A stretch of 64,000 bases of DNA, taken from positions 32,001 through 96,000 of the forward strand of contig CBDEGZ010000003.1 of the NCBI GenBank assembly GCA_965238175.1. Direction: 5' to 3'. This document shows, one piece after another, positions 32,305 through 42,556 of the stretch. This DNA is from Gammaproteobacteria bacterium (GTDB taxonomy: Bacteria; Pseudomonadota; Gammaproteobacteria; CAJXQU01). Made by a program: the position numbers and the translations under genes. The notes beneath the pieces were generated by a model. It made no database searches. It was not told the DNA's origin and worked only from the letters and a program-made list of their open reading frames with translations. Numbering within the stretch: the first letter of the stretch is position 1; each line of letters begins with the position of its first letter.

Positions 32305-33162
32305 CTAGATACTTACTTCCATCGCCTTTCGCAATTTTTGCATGGCTACCATTTCTAACTGACGTATTCTTTCTGCAGAAACGCCGTATTGATCGGCCAG
32401 ATCATGCAAAGTGACTTTACTATCAGCCAGCCAACGTTTAGAAACAATATCTTTAGTGCGATCATCTAACGTATTCATCGCTTTATGTAATAAATTCATT
32501 TGCTGGTTTTCATGCTGATCATTTTCAACAAGATTATCTGGCTGATATTGTTTATCAGCTTCAAGATATTGTCCCGGTGAAAAAGTATGATCGTCATCGT
32601 CGGAATCAAAGCCAGGGTCAAAAGAGGCATCATGCGCACTCATGCGTTTTTCCATTTCTAAAACGGTTTGCGGTTTTACTCCGAGATCTTTTGCAACTTC
32701 ATTGACTTCTTTCTGATTTAACCAACCTAGTCGCTTTTTAGAACTACGTAGGTTAAAGAATAATTTACGTTGCTCTTTTGTTGTGGCAACCTTGACGATG
32801 CGCCAGTTTTTGATAATAAACTCATGCATTTCCGCACGAACCCAATGCACCGCATAAGTTACCAACCGAACACCAACCAGAGGGTTAAAACGTTTAACCG
32901 CTTTCATCAGACCAATATTACCTTCCTGAATCAGGTCATTTTGCGCTAAACCATAACCGGTATAGCCGCGCGCGACTTTAACCACAAAACGAAGATGTGA
33001 CATGACCAACTGACGAGCAGCATCTAAATCGCCATTTTTCTGAAAGCGTTCAGCAAGATCATTCTCTTCTTCAGCGCTAAGCATCGGAATACGATTGACT
33101 GATTGTATATAGCCGTCCAACGAACCTGTTGGCAGCGCAAGTTGTAATTCAGTGTTAAGCAT
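32305..33162 (-). CDS. rpoH: RNA polymerase sigma-32 factor
   Basis: [17 protein letters not shown], RpoH box QRKLFFNLR; downstream of ftsYEX. Confidence 0.98.
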   Translation of the reverse strand: MLNTELQLALPTGSLDGYIQSVNRIPMLSAEEENDLAERFQKNGDLDAARQLVMSHLRFVVKVARGYTGYGLAQNDLIQEGNIGLMKAVKRFNPLVGVRLVTYAVHWVRAEMHEFIIKNWRIVKVATTKEQRKLFFNLRSSKKRLGWLNQKEVNEVAKDLGVKPQTVLEMEKRMSAHDASFDPGFDSDDDDHTFSPGQYLEADKQYQPDNLVENDQHENQQMNLLHKAMNTLDDRTKDIVSKRWLADSKVTLHDLADQYGVSAERIRQLEMVAMQKLRKAMEVSI

Positions 33163-33193
33163 ATTGGAATTCCTCCTTCTATATGTGCCTATT

Positions 33194-33220
33194 TTAGCAC
33201 TCCTGAAGATAGAGTGCTAA
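33194..33220. promoter_or_regulatory. CIRCE element (HrcA operator) upstream of rpoH
   Basis: Exact TTAGCACTC-ctgaagata-GAGTGCTAA. Confidence 0.93.
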
Positions 33221-33237
33221 TAAATATAAAAAGTTCC
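33209..33237 (-). promoter_or_regulatory. Putative sigmaE/AlgU promoter of rpoH
   Basis: Minus strand GGAACTT-17 nt-TCTAT; the -10 lies inside the CIRCE. Confidence 0.6.
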
Positions 33238-33265
33238 AAATATTTCGGCAATCTAGTAACGAACT

Positions 33266-33337
33266 TTAACTAAAATCGCTATTTACGAGGTCTTTTTGAT
33301 TGAGATAAACCACGACTCAGGAGCTGAATACGCCCAA
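33266..33337 (-). pseudogene. Diverged duplicate of the last 24 codons of ftsX
   Basis: Reads LGVFSS*VVVYLNQKDLVNSDFS* versus ftsX LGVLSSWIVVYLYQKDLENSDYS*; 56/72 nt identical by hand count. Confidence 0.85.
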
Positions 33338-33404
33338 TAGGGTGAGTAAGATAATATTCTAAGAAGGTAGTCATTTTGATGGAGTTAATTTGATCAGTTA
33401 AAAA

Positions 33405-33439
33405 CAAAAAACGCCATGAAAAATCAATGGCGTTTTTTG
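33405..33439. terminator. Intrinsic terminator downstream of the YeaQ-family gene
   Basis: caaaaaacgccat-gaaaaatca-atggcgttttttg. Confidence 0.8.
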
Positions 33440-33460
33440 ACGTTTGAGCTAAGAGAAATG

Positions 33461-33712
33461 TTAGGCTTTTTTAATCATTCCTACAACAAATAGGAGTAAA
33501 GCCGCACCAACAGTTGCTGTGACTATTGAACCAACTAATCCGCCAGCAGAAATGCCGAGCATTCCAAATACAAAGCCCCCAACTATTGCGCCAATAATAC
33601 CGACAATGATATTGCCAATAAGGCCAAACCCCCCACCCTTCATCAAGGTTCCCGCTAACCAGCCTGCTACAGCACCAATAAGCAAAAATATAATTAATCC
33701 GTTTATGTCCAT
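33461..33712 (-). CDS. GlsB/YeaQ/YmgE family stress-response membrane protein
   Basis: IGAVAGWLAG..M.GGGFGLIGNIIVGIIGA.VGG...ATVGA. Confidence 0.92.
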   Translation of the reverse strand: MDINGLIIFLLIGAVAGWLAGTLMKGGGFGLIGNIIVGIIGAIVGGFVFGMLGISAGGLVGSIVTATVGAALLLFVVGMIKKA

Positions 33713-33851
33713 ACACCACCCCTTCTTCTGTTGTTAAAAAATCTTTTTTTATTTGTGAAATATTGTAACACTAGAAAGCTTAACACTAAATTAATGTATA
33801 CAAACAAAGGTGGAATCTTTCACTTAAGCTATTCTTCCATATAATATCAAA

Positions 33852-34820
33852 TTAACTATAATCGCTATTTTCAAGGTCTTTCTGATAAAGATAAACAACA
33901 ATCCAGGAACTAAGAACACCTAATATTGCACCACCAAATATGGTGAACAGGCAGTATTTAAAGAAAGAAGTTGTGTTTGATTGGACGTTAAGTTGGTAAG
34001 AACTTACGAGTTGGTGAATAGGTTCGGCGAGAATGAAATAACTAATATTTAATAAGATACAAGCAAGAATCCCACCGAGCAAACCATATACCAAACCGCT
34101 ATAAAGAAAGGGTCTCCTGATGAATGAGTTTGTGGCGCCGAATAAACGGGTGATCTGAATTTCTTGTACTCGGTGTTGAATGCCGACGCGGATTGTATTG
34201 CCGATGATAAGTAATACACTGATGATTAGTAACACTGAAAGTACGAATATAAATTTATTTAAAAGCTGAACAATCGCATGTAGCCGTCGTGACCAATGGT
34301 TATCAAATTGAGTTAGATCAATTTCTTTATAAGCTTTGAATTTTTCGACCAGTGCTTGGAGTTCTTCGGGAGATTCTTCGTTTGCAGCTTGTATATTCAA
34401 AACAGCAGGTAGCGGGTTGTCTCCAAGAAACTCAATCAATTTAGCCTGCCCGGAAATTTGTCGAAACTCTTCCAATGCTTGCTCGCTGGAGATGTAATTG
34501 ATAATACCTACTTTATGAGTTGTTGCGATTTTGATCTTCAGCTGATCAATTTCATCTTCACTTAGATCATTTTTTAGATACACAGAAATCGTATTGGTGG
34601 AATTGATATTTCCGGTGAGTTGATCGAGATTATTAAGCAATAAAGATAATCCTGCCGGTAAAGCCAGTGCGATCGCAATAACGGCTATCGTGAGAATACT
34701 CGAAACAGGTGATCGAAATAATTGATTGAGACTTTCTTTAAGGCAACGCAAATGAGTTTGCGACCAGCTTTCTAGTTTTTGTTTAATCGTGATCGATGTT
34801 TTTTTATTCTTATCGTTCAC
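33852..34820 (-). CDS. ftsX: Cell division permease FtsX
   Basis: IAIALALP, NPLP, IGNTIR, GATNSFIRRPFLY.G; after ftsE. Confidence 0.95.
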   Translation of the reverse strand: MNDKNKKTSITIKQKLESWSQTHLRCLKESLNQLFRSPVSSILTIAVIAIALALPAGLSLLLNNLDQLTGNINSTNTISVYLKNDLSEDEIDQLKIKIATTHKVGIINYISSEQALEEFRQISGQAKLIEFLGDNPLPAVLNIQAANEESPEELQALVEKFKAYKEIDLTQFDNHWSRRLHAIVQLLNKFIFVLSVLLIISVLLIIGNTIRVGIQHRVQEIQITRLFGATNSFIRRPFLYSGLVYGLLGGILACILLNISYFILAEPIHQLVSSYQLNVQSNTTSFFKYCLFTIFGGAILGVLSSWIVVYLYQKDLENSDYS

Positions 34821-35527
34821 GTCATTTTATCCTTTTCTTGCGTGTTATCTGATCCGCTATTCAGATCTGAATCGAGAATAACCTGTTGGCCATCACGTAA
34901 AGCAATCAAACGGTGTCCAAGCCGCATCGCCATTTGAATTTCATGTGTCGCAATGACAACAGTGACACCGATACTATTAAATTCTTCAAATAAGCGCATT
35001 ATTTCGATCGAAAGTGCAGGATCGAGGTTTCCGGTTGGCTCGTCGGCAAGCAATATAGGTGGTCGGTTGACAACCGCACGCGCAATACCTACACGTTGTT
35101 GTTCACCGCTTGAGAGCATCTGGGGTAGTTTTTTTTCTTTTGACAGTAAACCAACTTTGTCTAACGCGGCATGAACACGATGCGGAATTTCTTTGTAGTC
35201 AAACCCGGAGATAACAAGTGGTAGTGCAACGTTATCAAAGGCACTGCGATCATTTAACAGGCGATGATCCTGAAAAATAAAGCCGATTTGACGACGAAGA
35301 AAATAGCGATGCTTTTCGGCTATTTTTTGGATATTAATATTGTCGATCAATATTTCACCACGCGTGTGGCTTTCCATCAGCGCGATTAGGCGCAGTAACG
35401 TGCTTTTTCCAGCACCAGAATGTCCAGTAACGAAGACCATCTGTTCGGGGGGAATATATAGATCCAGCGATTTAAGTGCTTCGCCTTGTCCTGGATAGAG
35501 TTTTGTGACGTTGGAGAATCTGATCAT
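34817..35527 (-). CDS. ftsE: Cell division ATP-binding protein FtsE
   Basis: GHSGAGKST, IFQDHRLL, LADEPTGNLD. Confidence 0.96.
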   Translation of the reverse strand: MIRFSNVTKLYPGQGEALKSLDLYIPPEQMVFVTGHSGAGKSTLLRLIALMESHTRGEILIDNINIQKIAEKHRYFLRRQIGFIFQDHRLLNDRSAFDNVALPLVISGFDYKEIPHRVHAALDKVGLLSKEKKLPQMLSSGEQQRVGIARAVVNRPPILLADEPTGNLDPALSIEIMRLFEEFNSIGVTVVIATHEIQMAMRLGHRLIALRDGQQVILDSDLNSGSDNTQEKDKMT

Positions 35528-35545
35528 TATTTAATAAGCGTGAGT

Positions 35546-36562
35546 TTATGCTTCATCCATATCCAAAAGCGCATCGACAAAATCTTTCGCATCAAATACG
35601 CGCAGATCCTCTTTTTGCTCGCCGACGCCGATATATCGGATCGGAAAGTTAAATTTCTCAGCCAGCGCAAAGATCACACCGCCTTTTGCCGTCCCATCTA
35701 ATTTTGTCAATGTCAGTCCGGTTAAACCTGCAACCTCATCAAACTTTTCAGCTTGATTTAGCGCATTTTGTCCGGTGGTAGAGTCGATAACCAACATCAC
35801 TTCATGCGGTGCAGTTTCATCGACTTTGCTGATGACGCGACGAATTTTGCGTAGCTCTTCCATCAAATGACTTTGGGTTTGTAAACGACCGGCGGTGTCT
35901 GCGATCAAAACATTAATATTTTTTGCTTTGCAGGAGGAAACGGCATCAAAAATCACCGAAGCAGGATCTGCTGAGCCAGATTGGGCAATTACAGTAACAT
36001 TATTTCGTTCACCCCAGGTTTGTAATTGTTCTACTGCAGCAGCTCGAAAAGTATCTCCAGCAGCAAGTGCGACTGAAAGCCCCTGCTCCTGGAATCTTTT
36101 TGTAAGTTTTCCAATGGTGGTGGTTTTACCTGCGCCATTGACACCGACCATCAGTAAAACAAAAGGGTCATCAAGATCGCGTGGAATTTCAAGAGGTCGG
36201 CAAGCGGGTTCTAATAATTCTAACATTTGATCACGCAACGCCATTTTTAAAGACTGACCATCTTCAAGCTTGTGTTTTTTTAAGCGTTCACGCAATCCTT
36301 GGATAATGGTTTCAGTCGCTTCAACACCCACATCTGAGATTAATAGTTGATCCTCCAACTCTTCTAATGATTGGGCATCAATCTTTTCTCCACGGCGAAA
36401 CAGATCAGAAATCCCACCGGTCATATTCTCCCGGGTACGACTCAGCCCATTTTTTAAACCCTGAAAAAAGCCTTTTTTATCCGGTTGTTTATCTTTACTG
36501 GAGTTTTCTTCTTTTTGCTCAGAAGCTTGTTCGTTTGTCTTTTTGCGTCCAAATGTAAACAT
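35546..36562 (-). CDS. ftsY: SRP receptor FtsY
   Basis: GVNGAGKTTT, DTFRAAA, DTAGR, TKLDGTAKGG. Confidence 0.98.
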   Translation of the reverse strand: MFTFGRKKTNEQASEQKEENSSKDKQPDKKGFFQGLKNGLSRTRENMTGGISDLFRRGEKIDAQSLEELEDQLLISDVGVEATETIIQGLRERLKKHKLEDGQSLKMALRDQMLELLEPACRPLEIPRDLDDPFVLLMVGVNGAGKTTTIGKLTKRFQEQGLSVALAAGDTFRAAAVEQLQTWGERNNVTVIAQSGSADPASVIFDAVSSCKAKNINVLIADTAGRLQTQSHLMEELRKIRRVISKVDETAPHEVMLVIDSTTGQNALNQAEKFDEVAGLTGLTLTKLDGTAKGGVIFALAEKFNFPIRYIGVGEQKEDLRVFDAKDFVDALLDMDEA

Positions 36563-36639
36563 AATGGGTAAGTGGAGGAACTAATTTAGAGAATGCGATA
36601 TCCTACCACTCGAATAGACGAACGAGGAGAGGAAAAACG

Positions 36640-38058
36640 GTGTTTTACAAACCCCAAAGATTATTAGTCGCGGCTTTGCTTACAATGCAGGTTGTTTTTC
36701 CAACAACAATAAGCGCTGTAACCGAGAGTAAGAGCACATCTGCAAACACACACGAGTTTAGGTTGGAAAACGGTTTGAAGTTGATCATTCAAGAAGATCA
36801 TCGCTCGCCGGTTGTTGTAACTCAGGTCTGGTATAAAGTCGGTGCAAGTTATGAGCATGAGGGAATTACCGGGCTTTCTCACATGCTTGAACATATGATG
36901 TTCAAAGGCACGGAAGATCTTGCGCCGGGAGAGTTTTCCCGAATTATTGCCGAGAATGGTGGGCGAGAAAATGCCTTCACTGGACGAGATTACACTGCCT
37001 ATTATCAGCAATTGGAAAAGTCTCGCTTACCTATCAGTTTCAAATTAGAAGCAGATCGAATGAGAAATTTGATCATTTCTGATGAAGAGTTCTTAAAAGA
37101 GCGAAAGGTCGTTTCTGAAGAGCGTCGTATGAGAACCGATGATAAACCACAGGCCTTGGGTTATGAAAAATTGATGGCCGCAGCCCATCAAACCAGCCCT
37201 TATCGAAATCCGGTTATCGGTTGGATGGCTGACATTGAAAATTATGAACCACAGGATATGCGTGATTGGTATCAAATGTGGTATGCACCCAATAATGCGA
37301 CGGTTGTAGTGGTCGGTGATGTTAATCCAACTGAGGTTTACGAATTAGCAAAAAAACATTTCGGACCATTAAAACCTGAAACACTGGCGGTACTTAAAGC
37401 GCGCCCAGAGATCCCACAAACAGGTGAAAAGCGATTAGTCGTTTATGACAATACCCAAGTTCCATACATGATCATGGGTTATAAAGTGCCTTCTTTAGTA
37501 GAAGCTTTTTCTGATTCGGAAATTTCTGAAAAAGAGATCTATGCGCTGGAGGTTTTATCCGGTGTGCTGGATGGCGGTAACAGTGCACGTTTGACTAAAA
37601 ATTTGGTTCGAGGACAAGAAGTTGCTTCAAGTGCAGGTGCGGGTTATTCCATGTTGTCACGATTGCAAACCTTGTTTTTGTTTGATGGAACGCCTGCTCA
37701 AGGACAATCCCTGGAAAATCTGGAAAAAGCTATCAGAGATGAGATCGCAAAAGTAAAAAATGAGCCACTCGATGAAAAGGAAATGGCCAGGGTAAAAACA
37801 CAAGTTATTACCAGTGATGTTTATGAAAAAGACTCGGTTTACTATCAGGCGATGATCATAGGCACGTTGGAGACAGTAGGTCTGGATTGGAAACTGCGTG
37901 ATGAATATGTCGAGAAAGTACAAGCCGTTACCGCTGAAGAAGTTCAGGCCGCAGCAAGAAAATATTTGATTGATGATCATCTTACGGTAGAGCATTTATA
38001 TCCCCTACCCGCCACTTCAGCAGCATCTGATCAAATCACTACCGCAGCAAATCACTAA
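36640..38058 (+). CDS. M16 (pitrilysin-family) zinc peptidase, catalytic subunit
   Basis: Signal peptide, HMLEHMMFKG, NAFT; divergent from ftsY. Confidence 0.93.
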   Translation: MFYKPQRLLVAALLTMQVVFPTTISAVTESKSTSANTHEFRLENGLKLIIQEDHRSPVVVTQVWYKVGASYEHEGITGLSHMLEHMMFKGTEDLAPGEFSRIIAENGGRENAFTGRDYTAYYQQLEKSRLPISFKLEADRMRNLIISDEEFLKERKVVSEERRMRTDDKPQALGYEKLMAAAHQTSPYRNPVIGWMADIENYEPQDMRDWYQMWYAPNNATVVVVGDVNPTEVYELAKKHFGPLKPETLAVLKARPEIPQTGEKRLVVYDNTQVPYMIMGYKVPSLVEAFSDSEISEKEIYALEVLSGVLDGGNSARLTKNLVRGQEVASSAGAGYSMLSRLQTLFLFDGTPAQGQSLENLEKAIRDEIAKVKNEPLDEKEMARVKTQVITSDVYEKDSVYYQAMIIGTLETVGLDWKLRDEYVEKVQAVTAEEVQAAARKYLIDDHLTVEHLYPLPATSAASDQITTAANH

Positions 38059-38061
38059 AGG

Positions 38062-39408
38062 TTGTTAACTATGAGACTAATAAGTTTTGTTCTTTTATTT
38101 CTGTCCGGCGTTGCTCACGCGGGTCCAGCAATCCAAACCTGGGAAACAAATAACGGTGCAAGAGTCTATTTTGTTGCCGCACCAGAATTACCGATGGTTG
38201 ATCTTCGAGTTGTCTTCGATGCTGGTAGTGCACGCGAAAATGATAAATGGGGTTTGTCAGCACTGACAAATGGCGTTATGACAGAAGGTGCTGACGGTCT
38301 AAGTGCGGAACAGATCAGCGAATACTTTGAAGATGTAGGGGCACAACTGGGTAGTGGATCACTTCGAGATATGGCCTATGTTTCTGTAAGAACAATTACA
38401 AACCCTGCGAATTTTGATCCGGCACTAGAAGGTTTGGCCAAAGTGATCACCAAACCAGATTTTCCAAAAACCGCTTTTGAACGTCAACAGAAACGAACAC
38501 TGATTGGAATAGAACAGAAAAAACAATCACCTTCAGCAATTGCAGGTGATGCTTTCTATCATGCAGTTTATGGTGATCATCCTTATGCTCATCCTAGTAG
38601 TGGTACTGAGGAAACGGTTTCCAGTTTTACACGTGAAGATCTCATTAGTTTTTATACAAAATGGTATACCGCGAGAAATTCAGTGATTGCTATTGTTGGC
38701 GATCTAAGTCTGGATCAAGCAAAAGCGGCGGCAGAGAAAGTCGTTGGTAATTTACCCGTTGGTAAGAAAGCGCCGTGTTTAGAACCCGTTGCTGATCTAA
38801 CTGAAGCAAAAATAGTACGCATTCATCACCCGTCTTCACAAACGACGATTTATGTTGGACAACCAGGCATGAAACGCGGTGCTCCCGATTATTTCCCACT
38901 TTATGTTGGTAACCATTCTTTAGGCGGCAGCGGACTTGTTTCACGTCTAAGTGATGAGGTGCGAGAAAAGCGTGGACTTTCTTATAGTGTCTATAGTTAT
39001 TTTTCGCCAATGGGTCAAAAAGGACCATTCATATCTGGCATGCAAACGCGAAATGAGCAAGTCGACGAAGGCTTAACCGTATTAAAAGAGACGATTAAAA
39101 GTTACGTGGTGGATGGACAAACTGAAGCGGAATTTTCTGCCTCTGTAAAAAACATCACGGGTGGTTTTCCATTGCGTATCGACAACAACGGAAAAATTGT
39201 TGAATATCTTTCCATGATCGGATTTTATGATCTGCCTCTTGATTATCTCGACACATTTATCAGCAAAATAGATTCGCTCACAGTAGATCAAACCCGAGAC
39301 GCTTTGAGACGTAATCTTGATCCTGAAAAGATGGTGACAATCATTGTCGGTGGAAGTGTCGAAAAATCAGCCGAAGGATCGCCTGGAAAGTCGGCTGAAG
39401 GTTCATAA
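38062..39408 (+). CDS. M16 family peptidase, non-catalytic partner subunit
   Basis: FDAGS, no HxxEH, LGGSGLVSRL..EVREKRGLSYSV. Confidence 0.9.
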   Translation: MLTMRLISFVLLFLSGVAHAGPAIQTWETNNGARVYFVAAPELPMVDLRVVFDAGSARENDKWGLSALTNGVMTEGADGLSAEQISEYFEDVGAQLGSGSLRDMAYVSVRTITNPANFDPALEGLAKVITKPDFPKTAFERQQKRTLIGIEQKKQSPSAIAGDAFYHAVYGDHPYAHPSSGTEETVSSFTREDLISFYTKWYTARNSVIAIVGDLSLDQAKAAAEKVVGNLPVGKKAPCLEPVADLTEAKIVRIHHPSSQTTIYVGQPGMKRGAPDYFPLYVGNHSLGGSGLVSRLSDEVREKRGLSYSVYSYFSPMGQKGPFISGMQTRNEQVDEGLTVLKETIKSYVVDGQTEAEFSASVKNITGGFPLRIDNNGKIVEYLSMIGFYDLPLDYLDTFISKIDSLTVDQTRDALRRNLDPEKMVTIIVGGSVEKSAEGSPGKSAEGS

Positions 39409-39412
39409 AACT

Positions 39413-40006
39413 TTGGCGAAAAGCCAACGTTCCTCGACTTCAGGCTCAGGGACGGTACGGATCATTGCTGGTGAGTTCCGTAGTCGGAAATTACCCGTTG
39501 TAGAAGTAGCAGGTTTGCGACCAACAACAGATCGCATCCGCGAAACGCTGTTTAATTGGTTGCAACACTCGACTGTAAGTGCTCACTGTCTTGACATGTA
39601 CGCAGGAACAGGTGCTCTTGGATTTGAAGCTGCATCACGTGGCGCAGCAAAAGTAGTGATGATTGAGCAAGATCGTAATGCTTTTTCAGGTTTGCATCAG
39701 TCTGTTGAGCTACTTAAAACCGAAAAAGTAGAACTTATAAACACCAATGCTTTAACTTGGTTAGAAGGTGGAATAGAAACTGCCGAACTAGAATTCGATA
39801 TTATTTTTGTTGATCCGCCTTTTGATCAAAATTTGGCTTTAAAATCTCTGGAAAAACTAATGTGTTCTTCGTGTATAAAATCCGGCACATTGATCTATTT
39901 GGAAGAAAACGCACAAGCCGATCAGATCACGCTTCCTGAAACGCTAGAAATCATAAAACAGGCAAAGGCGGGGCAAGTTAAATACTCTCTCCTAAAGCTA
40001 CTCTAA
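39413..40006 (+). CDS. rsmD: 16S rRNA m2G966 methyltransferase
   Basis: VRIIAG, LRPTTDRIRETLFNWL, DPPF; TTG 39413 chosen to avoid overlap. Confidence 0.93.
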   Translation: MAKSQRSSTSGSGTVRIIAGEFRSRKLPVVEVAGLRPTTDRIRETLFNWLQHSTVSAHCLDMYAGTGALGFEAASRGAAKVVMIEQDRNAFSGLHQSVELLKTEKVELINTNALTWLEGGIETAELEFDIIFVDPPFDQNLALKSLEKLMCSSCIKSGTLIYLEENAQADQITLPETLEIIKQAKAGQVKYSLLKLL

Positions 40007-40026
40007 AAATAAGCTAGAATTAAGTC

Positions 40027-40512
40027 ATGAGCAAAAAAGCAATTTACCCGGGAACCTTTGATCCAATTACCTACGGACACCTAGATATTATCAAACGAGC
40101 ATCAGAGATGTTTGATGAAATATTGGTTGCTGTTGCAGACACAGAGAGTACCTCTAAAAAGACTTTGTTCTCGACAGAAGAAAGAATTGTACTGATCAAA
40201 GAATCGCTACGCGATTTTTCCAATGTGAAAGTTATTTCATTTAATCGCTTAGTGACTAATTGTGCACGTGAAAATGAGGCTATGATCATTCTTCGAGGTC
40301 TGCGTAGTGTGTCAGATTTTGAATATGAATTTCAGATGGCGGGACTAAACCGCAAACTTTTCCCACAAGTCAATACAATATTTATTACACCTGATGAACA
40401 ATATTCTTGTATATCGTCTAGCTTAGTTCGAGAAATTGCAAAACTTGAGGGCGATGTGAGCGAGTTTGTACCCTCCAATGTGTTAATTGCTCTGAATAAT
40501 CGGTTTGGATAA
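40027..40512 (+). CDS. coaD: Phosphopantetheine adenylyltransferase
   Basis: YPGTFDPITYGH, RGLR..SDFEYE, ISSSLVREIA. Confidence 0.97.
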   Translation: MSKKAIYPGTFDPITYGHLDIIKRASEMFDEILVAVADTESTSKKTLFSTEERIVLIKESLRDFSNVKVISFNRLVTNCARENEAMIILRGLRSVSDFEYEFQMAGLNRKLFPQVNTIFITPDEQYSCISSSLVREIAKLEGDVSEFVPSNVLIALNNRFG

Positions 40513-40525
40513 ACATTGTGAATAG

Positions 40526-40813
<288 letters not shown>

Positions 40814-40829
40814 GCCAAACGGAGCTGAA

Positions 40830-42512
40830 ATGAGACATTTCATTATTTTATTGTTATTTTTAAATTCATCGCTTACGGTTTTTGCATACGAGAAACATCC
40901 TGCCGTAATAGCATCGGCTAAACCTCTTGCTACCGAAGCGGGTCTGGAAACTTTACGGCAAGGTGGTAATGCATTTGATGCTGCAATTACCGTCTCAGCA
41001 GTACTCGCAGTGGTTGAACCTCAATCCTCCGGCATTGGCGGCGGAGGCTTTTGGTTATTGCATCAAGAGAAAGATGACAAACAAATCATGATCGATGGAC
41101 GTGAAATGGCACCAGGAAAATCACATCGAGATATGTATCTTGATCAAGCTGGGGAAGTTGTTTCAAATCTTTCATTGAATGGTGCTTTAGCCGCAGGTAT
41201 TCCAGGAGAGATTGCTGCGCTGGTTCATATTTCAGAAAAGTATGGAAAATTACCTTTATCAAAAACACTTGCACCCGCAATCAAAGCCGCAGAAGAAGGT
41301 TTTTTAGTCACAGAGCGCATACAAAGGATGATCAAGTTTCGACTTGAGGTGCTTAGGTCCTTTCCAGAATCAACGAAGATTTTTTTAGAAAATAATGAAG
41401 TCCCATCGTTAGGATATAAGATCATCCAAAGAGATCTGGCCACAACCTTACGTGCAGTAGCAAAACAAGGGTCAGCAGGTTTTTATCAGGGTGACGTAGC
41501 TAAAAAATTGATCGAGGGTGTTCAAGCAGCAGATGGAATTTGGTCGCAGGAAGATCTTAAAAACTATCAAGTTATTGAACGTAAACCTATTACTGGAACC
41601 TATCATGGTATAAAAATCACCTCGGCTGCACCACCTTCTTCAGGTGGAATAGTTATGACACAAGCGCTTAATATTCTTGAACAAACCCCATTATCGTCTT
41701 TGTCTGGGATCACAAAAAAACATGTCGTAATCGAGGCGATGCGAAGAGCCTATCAGGATCGTGCAATCTACCTTGGCGATCCGGATTTTGTCGATATTCC
41801 AAAACATATTACAACTAAATCCTATGCCGGTATTAAAGCGGGATCGATAAAAGTTGATCAGGCAACGCCGAGTGAAATATTTAAGAGAGAAGTACCTGAA
41901 GGAGAGGACACCACCCATTTTTCGGTTCTTGATTCTGAAGGAAACCGAGTGTCTGCAACCTTAAGCATTAATTATCCATTCGGCTCAGGTTTTGTCGTAC
42001 CGGGAACTGGAGTATTACTGAATGATGAAATGGATGATTTTTCGATTCGTCCAGATACACCCAATGCCTATGGTTTGATTGGTGGTAAGGCAAATAAAAT
42101 AGCACCAGGTAAACGACCATTGTCGAGTATGTCGCCAACATTTTTGGAAACAGAAGATAAAGTCGCTATCGTCGGAACCCCTGGTGGTAGTCGAATTATC
42201 AGTATGGTGTTGTTAGCGGTTCTCGACTTTTCCGAAGGAAACTCGCCAGAGTCGTGGGTCTCATTACCTCGATATCACCATCAGTATATGCCAGATAGCA
42301 TCCTTTTTGAGCCTGGTACATTTTCTGATCACGAAAAAAGAGAACTTATCGCTATGGGACACCAACTTAAACCAAAGACACGATCTTATGGCAATATGCA
42401 GGCAATCTTATTTGATCGAAAAACGGGTGAAATAAAAGCCGCTAGTGATCCTCGAGGAGAAGGAAGTGCCCAGTTCACACAAACCGAGGCAATAAAAAGT
42501 GAACAAAGATGA
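40830..42512 (+). CDS. ggt: Gamma-glutamyltransferase
   Basis: GGNAFDAA, SGIGGGGF, TTHFSV, LNDEMDDF, KRPLSSMSP, GTPGGSRI; ATG 40830 after GGAG. Confidence 0.96.
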   Translation: MRHFIILLLFLNSSLTVFAYEKHPAVIASAKPLATEAGLETLRQGGNAFDAAITVSAVLAVVEPQSSGIGGGGFWLLHQEKDDKQIMIDGREMAPGKSHRDMYLDQAGEVVSNLSLNGALAAGIPGEIAALVHISEKYGKLPLSKTLAPAIKAAEEGFLVTERIQRMIKFRLEVLRSFPESTKIFLENNEVPSLGYKIIQRDLATTLRAVAKQGSAGFYQGDVAKKLIEGVQAADGIWSQEDLKNYQVIERKPITGTYHGIKITSAAPPSSGGIVMTQALNILEQTPLSSLSGITKKHVVIEAMRRAYQDRAIYLGDPDFVDIPKHITTKSYAGIKAGSIKVDQATPSEIFKREVPEGEDTTHFSVLDSEGNRVSATLSINYPFGSGFVVPGTGVLLNDEMDDFSIRPDTPNAYGLIGGKANKIAPGKRPLSSMSPTFLETEDKVAIVGTPGGSRIISMVLLAVLDFSEGNSPESWVSLPRYHHQYMPDSILFEPGTFSDHEKRELIAMGHQLKPKTRSYGNMQAILFDRKTGEIKAASDPRGEGSAQFTQTEAIKSEQR

Positions 42513-42556
42513 GTGAAGCTGGTCGAAATTACAAACAACGATAAAGAGGATTTCAC

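Noticed and set aside
39364-39405. KSAEGS-PG-KSAEGS duplication at the M16 C-terminus, and the 10-bp tandem aacccaattc at 29571-29590
   Set aside because: Two-copy micro-duplications with no sign of function.
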